64,000 nucleotides of DNA from Epiperipatus broadwayi. Lineage: Eukaryota > Animalia > Onychophora. Positions 26,314-40,200 of this stretch are shown here, one piece after another. Every line of letters begins with the position of its first letter. Within the stretch, counting starts at the first letter, position 1. The notes beneath the pieces are model-generated. The model had not been told where the DNA came from, did no database searches, and was given only the letters and a program-made list of their open reading frames with translations. The translations under genes were made by a program, and so were the position numbers. The stretch covers positions 25,420,001 through 25,484,000 of the forward strand of contig JAQFVV010000003.1 in assembly GCA_028023455.1 (NCBI GenBank). The letters are read 5' to 3'.

Positions 26314-27134
26314 TGGAACTAAAGTTAGAGATAGTGAATGCTTGCTCTGACATTTATGTAAACAAAACATACGCTTGACGGTGTTTTTGGTAGAACGCCA
26401 TCTATTGTCATAAATACAAGCATTAGCAAGTTTTAACTTGTGTTTTTTTGTTTTTCATAAATGTACCTTTGAGGTCTTTCTTGCAATGATATATATTGCA
26501 GAGGCTTCTACTATGTGGTGATGCTGAACTGATATCAGACCCATGTAGCTATCTGGCTTGCTATGCTGAGTTTGAAGACATTACGTGTCTAAAATAGCAA
26601 ATAGCTTGAAATCATGATCTGAAAGTGGAACTATGTAAACAAAACATACGCTTGACGGTGTTTTTGGTAGAACGCCATCTATTGTCATATATACAAGCGT
26701 TAGCAAGTTTTAACTTGTGTTTTTTTGTTTTTCATATATATATATCTTATTACTCAATAATGGAGATTGGCCTATCCAGCCAATGCCTATAATAATGTAG
26801 TCAGCACAGAATTCAAACCCAGATACCACTGTCTTCCGTAATTAAGTTTATTAATCATGCTTGTTAGTAGTGTTGTGTGGGATATATAAACCATGTCTAT
26901 AATATAATTGTTAATAATAATGGGAGCTAGAATTATGCTTTGTTCCATAACTCCTGCTCAGATTAATAAAATAAATAAAAAATACTTAACTTCCCCTATG
27001 TATGTAAACATGCACATCAATTTGTCATAGATATATATTTTTGGTCTCTTAATTTAATAATAACCCAATATTGAGTCAACTCTTAACAATTGGCATATTA
27101 ATTTTATAATGACGTATTTCTTCATCAAATTAGC

Positions 27135-27845
27135 ATATAGTTCATTTGTAATGCTCATACACGTATCATACTGATACACAAATGTTGTTATCATTATTAA
27201 AATACAGTTCCTTTGTAATGCTGATACACATATCATACTGATACACAAATGTTGTTTATCATTATCAACATGTAGTTCTTCTGTAATGCCCATACATGTA
27301 TCACACTGATATCTAAATATGGTTGTTATTATTAACTTCTAGTTCCTTTGTAATGCTCATACACATATCATACTGATACACAAATATTGTTGTTATTATT
27401 ATTAACACACAGTTCTTTGGTAATGCTCATACATGTATCACCCTGATATCTAAATATGGTTATCATTATTAACTTCTAGTATATTTGCAATGCTCATACA
27501 CATATCATACTGATACATAAATGTTGTTATTATTAAAACACAGTTCCTTTGTAATGCTTATATATGTATCATACTGATACACAAATGTTGTTATCATTAT
27601 CAACATGTAGTTCTTTTGTAATGCTCATACAAGTATCACACTGATATCTAAATATGCTTATTATTAACTTCTAGTTTGTTCATACATGAATCATACTGAT
27701 ATACAAATGTTGTTATCATTACTAACATATAGTTTCTTTGTAATGCTCATTCACGTATCATACTGATATTTAAATATTGTTGTGATTATTGATTTCTAGT
27801 TCATTTGTAATGCTCATACATGGATCATAATGAGATCCAAATATT
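27135..27845. repeat. Minisatellite, ~67-bp unit, ~11 copies
   Basis: Unit gtaatgctcatacacatatcatactgatacacaaatgttgttatcattatt...agttccttt recurs at 27148, 27215, 27283, 27350, 27420, 27487, 27551, 27618, ~27677 (deleted), 27740 and 27807. Confidence 0.95.
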
Positions 27846-29289
27846 ATCATTGTTATTCTTGTTATTAATAAATTATGTATATTTATGTTTATAACATTTG
27901 TCGTATCTTTCCCTGGTTCACTACTTCCTCCCAACTATATCTACACTTAGTTACTCAAAAAAAAAAAAAACCTGAAGTATATAAAAATGGTGTTCTAAGC
28001 ATTGTCAAAGTATTAGGTTCTTATGAGAGCTGGTGAGTATCTGATCAATTAATTTAGTAACTAATTCATGACTGAGGCTGAGTTTGAATCTGTAAAGTCC
28101 TTGTTTTACCCTGATCACCAGGATCGAAAGAAAATGATTACTATTAGTAGCATCAGAAGCATTGGTTGGATAGTGGAGATTTTGGAGCACTGGCAAATGG
28201 GTTAAAGCTTAATTCTGTTCCACAACTATCATATCTTGAACATGCTGGGTTTGAAGTACTTTTGCCAGGTCTCTGAATCTTATTGGCTGAACACATGATT
28301 CTGACCATTACAATATCTAAACATGATTAATTAGCTTTAGTTCTTTTTCTCTAATTAATTTTTCTATGCTATTTTCACATTTCCGTAATTATACATCTGC
28401 AATATATATTCTGCACATTTATTCTATTTTTTATATAAATACATAAAAATTCATTAACTATTAACTTGCACATTACAAAATCTTTTTAATCTACTTTATT
28501 CATTGTATTTTTTCAAATAATTTAGATAAACATTAGTTTTCCTAATCTATTTTAATTAACATATTGTGCTTTGCATAGTTTAGTGCATGACAGGGTGGTA
28601 GACTCTGGAACATGATGTCATGGAACACATAGCACCAGTTCTGTAACTTCTGATACTCAAACTTCTTATAAATATTCAAGCAATAAACCATTTAATTACT
28701 TTGTTTATATACTGTAATCTTCCAAATATTTTTAATCCACTTTTAATGTTTCTCAATAAAAAGAAATCTATTTCACTTTTTTTTAAAGAGCCTAATTTGC
28801 TTTTGCCTATTCACCATCCAAAACATATCAATCTATATTTTTTTGAATTTTATCTTTTAAAAAAAAAATGGAAATTTTAAATAATGTGAAGTTTCATTTG
28901 AAAATATTAAAACAGAGACACACACACTCCTTTTATACTTACTCTACATATTTTATTCTATTATATGATAAACATGCCATATTTTTAATTAATCCCATTC
29001 TGTTTTTTATTCTCACCTCAAATTTTAATTCCCAACTTTTTATATAATTTTTTCTTTTATTTAACAAAGAAACTGTCTATATAATTTTTTTTATTTATTT
29101 AATCTTCTGCCACTTCTTCAAAACATATCTTTCATTTTCCATTCTTCAGATTTATCTATCTATCAAATACTGATATATCAGATTTTTTTCTTACTAAATT
29201 TAATTTTATTTCTTTTTATCTCTGCACATTTTACATATAACAATTTTGAAATATGTTTTTCTACAGTACAGGCTTTTTCATATCTCCAC

Positions 29290-29630
29290 TTATATATGTA
29301 ATACATAGGGGGTTTGAACTCAGACTTTCACACAACCCTCAATCATTCATGCTATCTCATATGGCTGATACACTTGATCACACACATGTCAAAAAGATAA
29401 ATATTAAGCTTACATTAAAATAGTCAATCTTCATACTTTAATGGACAGGTTTTAAACCACTCCACCCCACAACTCTTCAGTTGTCCATTTCATTGAAAAT
29501 CTGATGATAGAATGCTCAAAGCCCACCTTAGTGCCAACCTGAGCTTTGATTGTATATATGTGTGGAGATGATAATCTGGACCAACTGACGAGTGCTGGTT
29601 TAGCATGAAATACGTATATTGGAGATTATT
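29290..29630. mobile_element. Hammerhead-bearing repeat family B, internally inverted copy
   Basis: 29290-29545 is the reverse complement of the flanks of the 34810/50925 copies but lacks the ribozyme segment. That segment follows in + orientation at ~29540-29630. Confidence 0.8.
29571..29629 (+). ncRNA. Minimal type I hammerhead ribozyme (family B)
   Basis: ataatct gga ccaa CTGACGA gtgct ggttt agcat GAAA tacgta TA ttgg agattat. Stem I is ccaa/ttgg extended by ataatct/agattat, stem II is 5 bp, and stem III is the palindrome TACGTA. Confidence 0.85.
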
Positions 29631-31949
29631 ATAACAACTTTATAACTTTTACACCACTGTATTGCACATTTGTCTGATTATCACTATGAAAATACCCATT
29701 CATGTTCACAACTTTTCTATCTCAACATCCTCTCTTGATGAAAAGCAATTATTCTAAAATCTAAATGTGAATCTACTAGCATTGTTATCTAGTTTATTTT
29801 CTTTATTTAGCACCTATATAGTTAATAATAGTAAAAATAAATGTCACTAAGATCTAATGCTGAATGATGCCAGAATCCTTATGTTGAACAATATTATCTT
29901 ATTGACTGATTATAATGATGAAATGACATTATAAATCTTGTTTCTATCAGGTAACTTAAGATATCAAATATAACATGAACTGATCAAATAAATGCACTTA
30001 TTATAAAAATAAAACATGTATATGATATGAGACAACCTTCTTCATGAAGACCATGGATATAATGCTCATAATTTATTTATCTTAGTTAATATAAATATCT
30101 CAGTAAACTATTTATTAACTTAGTTTACAAATATACAGTGAAGGATCAAACTACACTATATTTTGTTCCAAACCATAGTCTACAATAGTTCATGATTTGT
30201 TGATAAACATTGATTAGAATACAATATGTATTGTTTATTGAATTGCAAGTGTACAATACTTTTCAACATTTGCCTATATATAACACAGATATAGTATGCA
30301 TATAAATCAAAATTATAGTATAAACAAAATTTTAAAATAATAATATGTCACCAATAATAAAGTGAGGTGACAGATTTACATATATTTTACTGAGTACTTT
30401 ATTCAATCACTCATTCACTAATGCAATACTAATAAGAAAGAAAAACATATTTTATTTTTTTTAAAAAAGTCTGACTTATGTAGCTATTAAATATGCTTTA
30501 GGCAATATTATTATTTTTTCAATAACTTTTTTCTCCTATAGAAATATAGTGATCTTGTTATTAAAAAATTAGGATTCCTCAAATTATTTTGACAATTTTA
30601 AATCATTATCAGACTTTTGTAAGATGTAATATTTTGTAAAACTTTTAACATTATGCCCAGAAAAAATTTTATTATGCAAAATATTGCACATCAAATTTGT
30701 AAAGGATAATAAAGTTAAGAGAAAAATGTATATGATTTCAACATAAATAGAAGAAATTTGATTAATATATATATATAATATTACATATGGTGCTTAGAGG
30801 GAAAAAAAGGCTGCCAAATATAAATTTTTTATACTTTTAAAGATTTTTTTGTTTGCCTATTTACGCATATTTTAGTTTGTTTGTTTACATTTTTTTTTTT
30901 TTTTTGGAAAGTATATAACTGAAGTTGTATAGTTAGATATAAATGTAATTCAGGGATCCACTGCAGTTATAATGCAAATTTCAGTCATTGCACATTGTGC
31001 TCATATATTAACTGATATTCATTGATATATTTTATTATCTTGTTGAAGTATATTATTATATATAAAACCTTAAATTGCTAAAGTAAGTAGGTGGTATACA
31101 ATAACTGCAAAAACTTAATAAACCATAGAATCTACGCTCTTTGCATAGGAAGATAAAAATCTTAATCTGCTATAATCACGAGTCAAATTTTTTTGTCTAT
31201 ATTAAGATTTTACACCAGAGTAAAAGGTAGAGGAATCAAAGACAAATCTATATTTTATCAGCAAAAGTTACTTTGACAACAGATTGTAGATTCTGTGGTT
31301 TATCAAACTTTGGCCATTATTAGGTGCCACCTAGACACACATATATTTTGATTAACAAATGTCAAACTTTTTGCAACATAACTTTGACACCAAACATTTC
31401 ATATAAATGCATTAACAATTATTACTAAGCAATTTATAAACTAGAAATTAACCCTAATCCAGATATAAACTTTAAACCTCAGTTAAAGATTGATGCACCT
31501 GCTTTTAATTAAACATAAATATATGTGTGCAAATATAATTTTGAGCACCAATTACTTTAATATATCATTAAACAATATTTTAATTTGATTAGTCATTAGC
31601 ATAAATTAATGTTATTGTGTTTATTACTTTTTAAAATAAAAAAAATTAAAATTAACACACATATACAAGACACATATATGAGAATGTATATGTTCATATA
31701 TACAAGATAAAACCTTTAAATAACTCATTGCAGGATAATCCTGCAGGATAATCCTTGCAGTATCCCTATGTAGAAAAACAGTGAAGTAAAAGATAATGTT
31801 ATTCAGGCTGTTCAGGAATTCTTTGTCGAGGGTTTTTTTAATATACATTTTCTCTTTGTTTTACTGCCTAATGAAAGATAATTAGATATTCACTTATTGA
31901 CCAATACTGCAGGGAAAAAGGCCTATGTTTTCTTAAAAATTCTTACCTA

Positions 31950-32400
31950 CCTGATAAAAATTCAAGTACTATCTATATTTAATTCCTGGATTGTGGGCAT
32001 ATGAGTCTGATAAACTAATCATTATACCATGAGATTCTTCATTAATCATTTTGAATGAACCTTGCTTTCTTAATCATCTTCTTCCTAAAAACTTGAAAAA
32101 TATTGGGATTATGGCCAATCATCATCCCAAGTTGGATATTTGAGTTATTGTAATGGTATGAAATCATTGTAAATATTAAGCAGTTGATATTGTAGGATAA
32201 TCTTTTGAAGACACCATGGTTTCCATCATTTGAACATAGAGATCATTAGCATCTCATACACAAATACCTGGTCTATTACTATGTAGTTATAACTAACTAT
32301 TTGTGTTTTATTATTTGGAAAGGGATGATTAATACCCATCCTTTGGAACATCACCTAGTTCCCACCCTTATAAGATCAGTTTCTGGATCTTAGAGTCACT
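31950..32400 (-). pseudogene. LINE reverse-transcriptase N-terminal relic
   Basis: Minus-strand GWELGDVPKDG...NRPGI...LRKQGSF follows the order W..G.VP.DW / NYRPISL / Q.GF. Heavily decayed. Confidence 0.45.
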
Positions 32401-34809
32401 TTACCTACCAATGGGTATCAACTACTAAGCCAGATCATAGAAAAAACAAAATAAATCATTTGCACTGTTATTCTGTACATATTTACTTTTTTATATAAAT
32501 ATTTTCTGGTGATAATATCACTTCCATCCTCCTTCAAAGGCACTCAGATCCTAAATACTTATTCAGCCACTAGGGGATTGTTATATATACACATACATAT
32601 CTCTATGATCAATATTTTACATATCATAACTAAAATTACTCTTTTCATATTTTTACTGTGGTTCATAAAGTATTTTTTATCTGATGGTGCCTTATGAGCA
32701 ACATTTATAAAAAGTTTTGCAATTGATAAATAAACACATATAAGCAGTTTAATTTCAACATCTGATTCATGTTTTATTCCAACATTACAAATACTGGGTA
32801 TATCCCCAAAACAATTAATTAAGATAAAATTAAATATAGAATTACTAAACATTTAATGATTAATAATAATAAGAAAAAAAATTGGAAAGCATCATATATC
32901 TTTTAATTATAATATTTAAATGTCATTTCACTTAGAGTAAATAATTTGGTCCCTTGTGACATTCATATAATTAATAAAAAAAAATTTAAAAATGCATATC
33001 TTGTCAATAATATTGTAATGTAATTATTACATAATTAATCTGTATCTATTCATAGCTCTGCCTAAGTTCTGCCTTTACTAAATTAATACAATATATATAT
33101 ATTTCATCTAGTTACTATTATTATTTCATACCCCCCTCCCTCCTTTATCATTTTATTTTAGGCCTGTCTACTACTGCCATACATCTATGTACATACACAC
33201 ATCATCTAAGGTTTAAACTTTTCCCATCATAAAATGTTTACATGAATATTGCAATAAAAAAAAAATGAACATCTATTTTAAAATGATATCAAAATACATC
33301 AACATATGTGTGTATTAATAAATATGTATAATGATAAAACAATTGAAGATGAAAAAAAAATAGCATAAATAATAATATAATATTTAGCAATAACAAGACC
33401 CTTAATCGCTAAGACCTAATTTGATATTTGAGAAGAGAGAGAATTAAAAAATGGAATGTCAATAGTTAATAATAAAATTTGGTTGTATATTACCGATTTC
33501 TTGGATTCCTTCATTTGTAAAATACTGTTAATTAGCTTTTAAGCATTCACTACAGACAATGTATAGATGACGCACTAATTATCACACGGGAACTTCCTAA
33601 CCAATGATAACAGAGAAGAAAAAGAGCACAAAAGATCTTTTAAAGCACACAATGATTATTGCATGCAGATTTCATTTAACTTAGTTTGGTTACTATTTTC
33701 AAAATTATTGTTAAGATGAAAGCAAATTTATGGTATAGATACAAACTAGTTGATGTCGAAACTTATTCACAGACAATCCTCAATTTGAATCAGAGTAGGC
33801 CTTCTTCATGCTTTTCCCTTCTTCTGATATTTACTTTCCCTAAGTGGATGGAGGTATGAGACATGGTAGTCATCACTTCTTACATGATCAGACCTGGATG
33901 TTTCTCTAATCCCTCATTCAGATGTGCCTGAATTCCCAGGGCTTCCAGCTCTTTGGAACAAAGCAATCTAGTGTTCAACACTGCATATTCTTTTAAATTT
34001 TATTCACAATGAGTTGACAACACCAGTTCAAAAAAACCCAATAATAATGCCCCTGTTTCAGCTTCTCTCTGGTATTTATTCATTTTGTATTACTGACATC
34101 ATTGGTCCCTTAATGACACTAGCCTCCTGCTGGTAATAGGTGATTTAAGTATCTACTATCCACTTTGGTGGTTTGAAGTATTCTTATCTTGGAAATGTCA
34201 ATTTATGATTAGTTAGTAGCCAAGTTCAAACTAGTTTGGTGGTTAAAAACAATTTAGCAGTCTCTTTGATTTTACACATTTACTAATGAGTTTCTCTCTT
34301 TCTCTCTCCTTTTTCGTTCTAGAATATTAATATACACAAATAGAAATAATATATAAATTTAAAAAAACATGCAGTTACATAGAATTAAAACTTGAAATAT
34401 TAATTAATCTTCTTGATTTGTATGAAAGCATCTAAGTTGGACTGTCCACACATAGATATAGGCCCACACACATAGCCAGAAATCGATTGCTAATATATAG
34501 CTAAAATTAGCAGAAATCTTTCACTTCATCCCCAGTTAATTTTTTTTTCTGTATTCTATCAGTGATTTTAAAACAAACACATACACACACACACACAAAC
34601 ACACAAATTCTCTTTACTACTTTTTTTTTCCTGGAATAATTGGGGTCTTGCTTGGTTTTCCAATTAATATCCTACAATATATATATAGGTCAAACAATCC
34701 TGGATTGAATTTTTTTTTCTAAATGCATCTAAACATATCTTACTTGTTTGTTTGTGAAGACATAATTAATAATCACCAATTAAAAACTAAATGTTTTTAA
34801 ATCGATATA

Positions 34810-35122
34810 TAACGTGGGCTTTAAACCGTTCCATCATCAGATTTTCAATGAAATGGACGGCTGAAGAGTTGTGGGTTAGAGTAGTTTGAAGCCTGTTTAT
34901 TAAAGTATGAGGGTTGGCTATCTTAATATACAGCTGAGCACTGATTGTATATATGTGTGGAGATAGTAATCTGGACCAACTAATGATGGCTGGTTTAGCT
35001 TGAAATACGTTTATTGGTGATTATTTATCTTTTCAACATGTGTGTGATCAGATGGGTCAACAATATAAGATGGCATGAAGAGTTGAGGGTCGTGTGAAAA
35101 TCTGAGTTCGAATCCCTTATAT
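34810..35122 (+). mobile_element. Repeat family B copy with degenerate hammerhead
   Basis: ccaa CTAATGA tggctggtttagctt GAAA tacgtt TA ttgg at 34976-35017; ends in gagttcgaatccct (B-box-like). Confidence 0.8.
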
Positions 35123-37364
35123 ATATAAAACTTTATTTAATTTTTTTTAAATATATACATATGATTGAATAATTAATAACTTTATAAACTTTTAAGTGAT
35201 GTTTTTAAAATAATAATACAGACCCAAATGATTACAAAGTTTATACATTGTCCAATAGTAATTAATAACTTAAAATAATATTTAATAAATTGTTTCATGA
35301 AATATTAAACATTAAAATATCAATAGCTTGAATTATTTAATAATTTGATTAGTAATAAAAATACGGACTTTTCCACTATACAATGACTAGATTAGTGGTG
35401 TCATTTACTTTGGTTTGGTTTTCTATCAAAACCAAGTAATATAAGATTCGTTTAATTTATATTTGGTCTGAAAATTTTATAGTAGTAATCCATTTTAGAC
35501 TGCTCTATACTCCCCCCCCCCCCCATCTCTGTAAATAATAAATGCGTATCAGATCCCCAGAATAGTTTCTTACTATTAGTTTTTTCTTCAGATATTATTA
35601 AATATTTATATTGCAAAAGCAGAGCTCTTAATTGAGAAAACCTAGGAAGATGATGTTATGCTTTAACATACACCAAAGTATAATATAACGAAGCTAATTA
35701 TCTATAGAAATTATAAAAAGCTATGTCTGCATATAAATATCAGCAGTGAATATTTTGTTAACAGGTCATTTAGTTAATAAAATTTAAAAGTAAATATTTA
35801 TATAATTGAAATAATAAAGAATATAATGCTTGAAATTATAAATGTAAACACATTGAATAAAGATAATTAATCGTAGTACAATTTAGCTAGTAATAGTGTC
35901 ACTATAGTTTTTTAATTAGTAATTATAATTATAAATATGCGACTTTTTTCGCACGCGTTAGTGAATGTGCAATAGGTCTTCTTAGCGCTTTCGAGATTTA
36001 ATGTTCGAATCTCATACTCATAGCTTTGTGAATGAAGACTATTGTGATTTATTGTACACATATGCAAATGAGTTTGAATTTTTAATTAGTTAGTCCATTG
36101 TTTGGAGAGAGCAAAGCATGCCTCTCTTCTATTAATGGCACTGAGATCATTTGCTATGTAAAAAGCTTCTTTAACTTTTCTTTTGGCATCACTCTTCTCT
36201 GTACAAATTATTTGGGCAGAACTGGGTTCGAATATATGGCCTGTAGCTGCTTGGTGGTCCCAGAATATTGATGTTTTTTCATTTTTATTTTTAACCCTGT
36301 TGTATGCATACCCTTAGTGTTTTTTAAAATGAAAATCTCAAAACTTTGAAAGATGTAATATCTATTAAATACAACAATTTTTTTTTTAAAAAAAGAACAA
36401 TGGGAGAGGGACTCTGTCCACTTTATTTTTTTATTTAAAAAGAGTTTTAATTATTTCAGGAAACATTTGTTGTGTATATAATAAACTAATAGCTTATCAT
36501 ACACATTTTAACACACTAATAAAGTGAATAATACTGTAATTGGGTTTATAGCTTGTGAATCCTTATAAAATTCAAGTACCAAAAATGCAAAACAGGAATC
36601 AATCTGAGGGCTTTATGCTCTAATTTTGGATACTCTACCACTTGTACTAAACCAGCAGGGCACTGGTAGAGCTGAATAATGAAAATTAAAAATAATTTTT
36701 TTAAAGTAACTGAATGAATGGTTAAATGCTCAGCCTGCCACTAAGGTGCTTGAAGTCACATGATCTCTTTAAGTAATTAATCATATGATAATGATAATTA
36801 TTATCATTAAACAGTATAATTATTAATATAATTTTTGGAATTCTGATAAAACATATTAAAAATACAATAATTTTAAACTATACTTGAAAATTATTTTTAA
36901 AAAATTGTTCTAACATAGATTTAATCAAATTACGATATTTTTTTCAGATCCACATGTTTCTTTTAGACATAATCCACAAATCATTTTTAAATCTTATTGG
37001 TCATCAAACTTCTTCCCAGCAAACAATGTTTCATTTACCCATGCCACTAATAATGAAATCATTCTTAAAAAATAAATTAGGATTTTTCTTTTAGTGAAGC
37101 ATGAATAGAATTCACAACCTATGTCTTAAAGGAAATTCCTTACCTCAATATCATAACTAGGTTGAAATCCAAATGTTGATTTTAGCTACTGAATTTAACA
37201 TGATTTGTATGTAATTGCTTCTATTTAACATGATTTGTATGTAATTGCTTCTAATGAATTAGCTTTGAAAATACACATTATTATTTTAACTTTGAAGCAT
37301 AGTAGTCTATGATCTGTCCAGAATGTATGTACTTAAACTATGCTTACTCATAACTGTTATTAAA

Positions 37365-37585
37365 ACAGGCAAAACTCTCCATACAGTAGTGCCACTCAGT
37401 ACAAGCCAGAGTAATCAATGGATGCCAGAAGGCTTGTGAATAAAATCCCCATCTAGTATCTTACTCAACCAATATGCCCAGATTAGTTTCTGGCTTGTGG
37501 CCTTATCAGTGAGGAACCTTGCATCCATTGATTACTCTGGCTTGCACTGAGTGGCATTACTGTATGGAGAGTTTGCCTGTTTTAA
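37365..37585. mobile_element. Repeat family C copy 2 (fold-back) with degenerate hammerhead on the minus strand at 37475-37515
   Basis: ~60-bp inverted arms aaaacaggcaaaactctccatacagtagtgccactcagt... The minus strand reads tcctca CTGATAA ggccacaagcca GAAA ctaa TC tgggca. Confidence 0.8.
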
Positions 37586-39329
37586 TGTATGTATTTATGC
37601 AGTGTTTTTTTATTATATATTCTGACTTCTAATTAAAACGATTTATAAGATACCAATATTTTGAATATAGCACAAGTTTCTTTATAATATTTTTTCTATA
37701 TAAAAAATTGCTCTAGATAGTTAATCTGTCATTCATTGAATAGCTTTAAAAACTTAACACCATTACAGTATTTCCAAAAACTATGAGCCAGCTTACTTAT
37801 CCTAGCAACTAGAACATTAAACCTCCTTTATCAAAAAAGACAATCTTTTAGTAGTACTGATTTAATAACACTATATATCAAAGGATAAAAGTATTCTTTC
37901 TCTGAACTTTCTGAAACTAATATTAGGATATAGCATTGATAAAATGGAAATAGATATCGGCAAATAAATTTTCAACTTTTTTTATTGATTTGTCAAAAAA
38001 TTCCAAAAATTGCGAATAACAAATTAGACCTTACACAGACTCCAATATCACGCAGCCTCCTTTTACTCAATGTTCTGTTCTCCTAAAAAGTTGAAACCAG
38101 TTAGTTATACGTTCTTTTAAACTTTCCTTACATAGTATATGTGCGCGCACACATAGAAAATTATTACAAGTAAAATAATTGCAGTTTATCATAATTGTTT
38201 TAATCTTTTTTTATTATCCACAAATGAACATACAAGAGTAATATTATATTTGTATTTTTTAAATTATTATTATTTTAATCATATTTATTTCATTTCATGT
38301 TTTTTTTTTTTTAAATAAATAGTACAAGAAAAGTTTAAAGTTGAGCGCCATCTAGTAAATCATTGCAAAATTATTTATTTCATTAAAGTACGAATAAAAA
38401 ATATTATGACCTTAAAATTATTATTGAATTAATTAAACATAATATTTTATAAGCTATACATGTATATCTGTGTTTTAAAAAATATATAATTTTTATAAGC
38501 GTAAATTTTTCTTGAAAAGGTTTTTTGTTTGTTTGTTTGTTTGTTTGTTTAAATTATAATAGTTATTAAGAGAAACATATTCAAATCTAACTTGATTTAT
38601 TTACATATGCTTCAGTAATTGGATCCAGCACCCAATTATTAAAACACCCTAAATAAATTATGAACATAACAAAAATTCTAAAACAAATAAATTAAAGGCA
38701 ATGCTAATACCATGTATTTGGAGAAAACGTGGAAAATACTAAATATATGTTTTAGTATTGCCATTATTACATTTAGCAATGGAAATAATAGAATAATTAA
38801 CTCCAAATTCTGCAATGCTGATAAGCAGGTCTGGTGCAGATATAGAGTTGCAAACTCTGGAGTTTAAAATCCACACATCACACTCAGTTCTGTCATTTTG
38901 TTAATTTGAATTTTTTATGAACTATGAACAATAAAGCCATTCGTTTATTTATTTATTTATCAGCAAGTTCTTCCCCATACTTATTTATATTGTATCCTTT
39001 AAATATTTTTTTTTACTTAGTTGTTTAATTATGTTAGTGGCATTAATTGTTACTAATACTGGTCACATATTTAATTTATATACACAATAATTTAAATTTC
39101 TGTAGTGAAAATTCATAATACTGTGAAAATTTTGATTTAAAGTTTGCATATCTCTTTCCATATCTGCTAATCTCATAATCTTCTACAATAACATCCATGA
39201 AAGAACTCATAAAACAAATGTAAATGAAATCATATATCTTTGACCTTTGTGAAATATATAATTATCAAAGCAGTAACAAAACTTATGCTGGTTCTATAAA
39301 TTAAGCAACAGATTTCTTATTAATGAAAG

Positions 39330-39680
39330 TGTAAAACATAATATTGCAAAGATTATCAGTATTGCATCATTTATTATATCTTATGTTATCTGTCAGCCTT
39401 TTAATAATTGACTACAGGGCAAAGAAAACAATGAAAGAGCAAGTATTATTTACCAGGCTTGTGACATGTCAGATGGAAATATTGTATTGGTTGCCATCTT
39501 TGTTTTTTCAACTAGTTAATAATAGTTAGACATCCATTTACTGATCAGTTATGGATGCTAGACATATCTGACTTCTTGAAAGGAAAACTATAAATATGCT
39601 TGGAAATTGAAAATTTTCATGGGCATGGCGAACAAATGTGTTACATTTATGCCAAAAAACCATCCAATGCCATTTATAAT
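39330..39680 (+). pseudogene. Gypsy-type integrase relic
   Basis: Frameshifted order of motifs: C..CQ-like tgttatctgtcag; FT..LVT.DGNIVLVAI (cf. DF.GPL..S.GN.YILV.VD); RHPF; then ccatccaatgcc (cf. YHPQSNG). Confidence 0.5.
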
Positions 39681-40200
39681 TCATATATATATATTTCTTA
39701 ATTTGATTTATTTTTCTGCCTTTCTTTGATTAATATTTATGTCACTTTTTAAATTCAATATCTTAATATATTTAAAATTAATTAATAAATTATTTTCTGA
39801 AGATGTAAAATGGTTGAAATAGCAAAACATAAATTGCAATTGATTCTGTAATGTTATAATTTTTTTTTTTTTTTTCCAGTAAAAGAGTATCCAACTTGGT
39901 TAACTAAATGATATAAAACTTCACTCCTCAGCTGATAAATAGCAGTTTCTCTTTTAAAGATTCTCTATGATATGCTGTTAGAAACATCTTTGCCGTGTGT
40001 TGGAATATTTAAATGATGATTTCCCAGTTTACTTTTTATTTAAGAGCATAATGTGTCTAAACAATTTCATAACAGGACTTCTCAATACAACCACCATTAT
40101 TATTAATATGCAAATTTAGTAATTTAATCCACCCGATAAACACATGGTTAAGAATCTCCTGATTAATAGTGTTAGCTGCTTTAAAAATGCACTCATGTGC

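Larger units (their letters stand above)
25310..26735. mobile_element. Tandem 404-bp hammerhead-bearing (retrozyme-like) repeat, family D, arranged as a large inverted repeat
   Basis: Right arm 25859-26735 is head-to-tail monomers with cores at 25872 and 26276. Left arm 25310-25858 is the reverse complement of ~26143-26690. Flanked by (TA)n on both sides. Confidence 0.9.

Noticed and set aside
27135-27845. Regularly spaced repeats as a CRISPR array (also 49270-49850)
   Set aside because: Whole units repeat with no unique spacers, there are no cas genes, and the context is eukaryotic; these are minisatellites.
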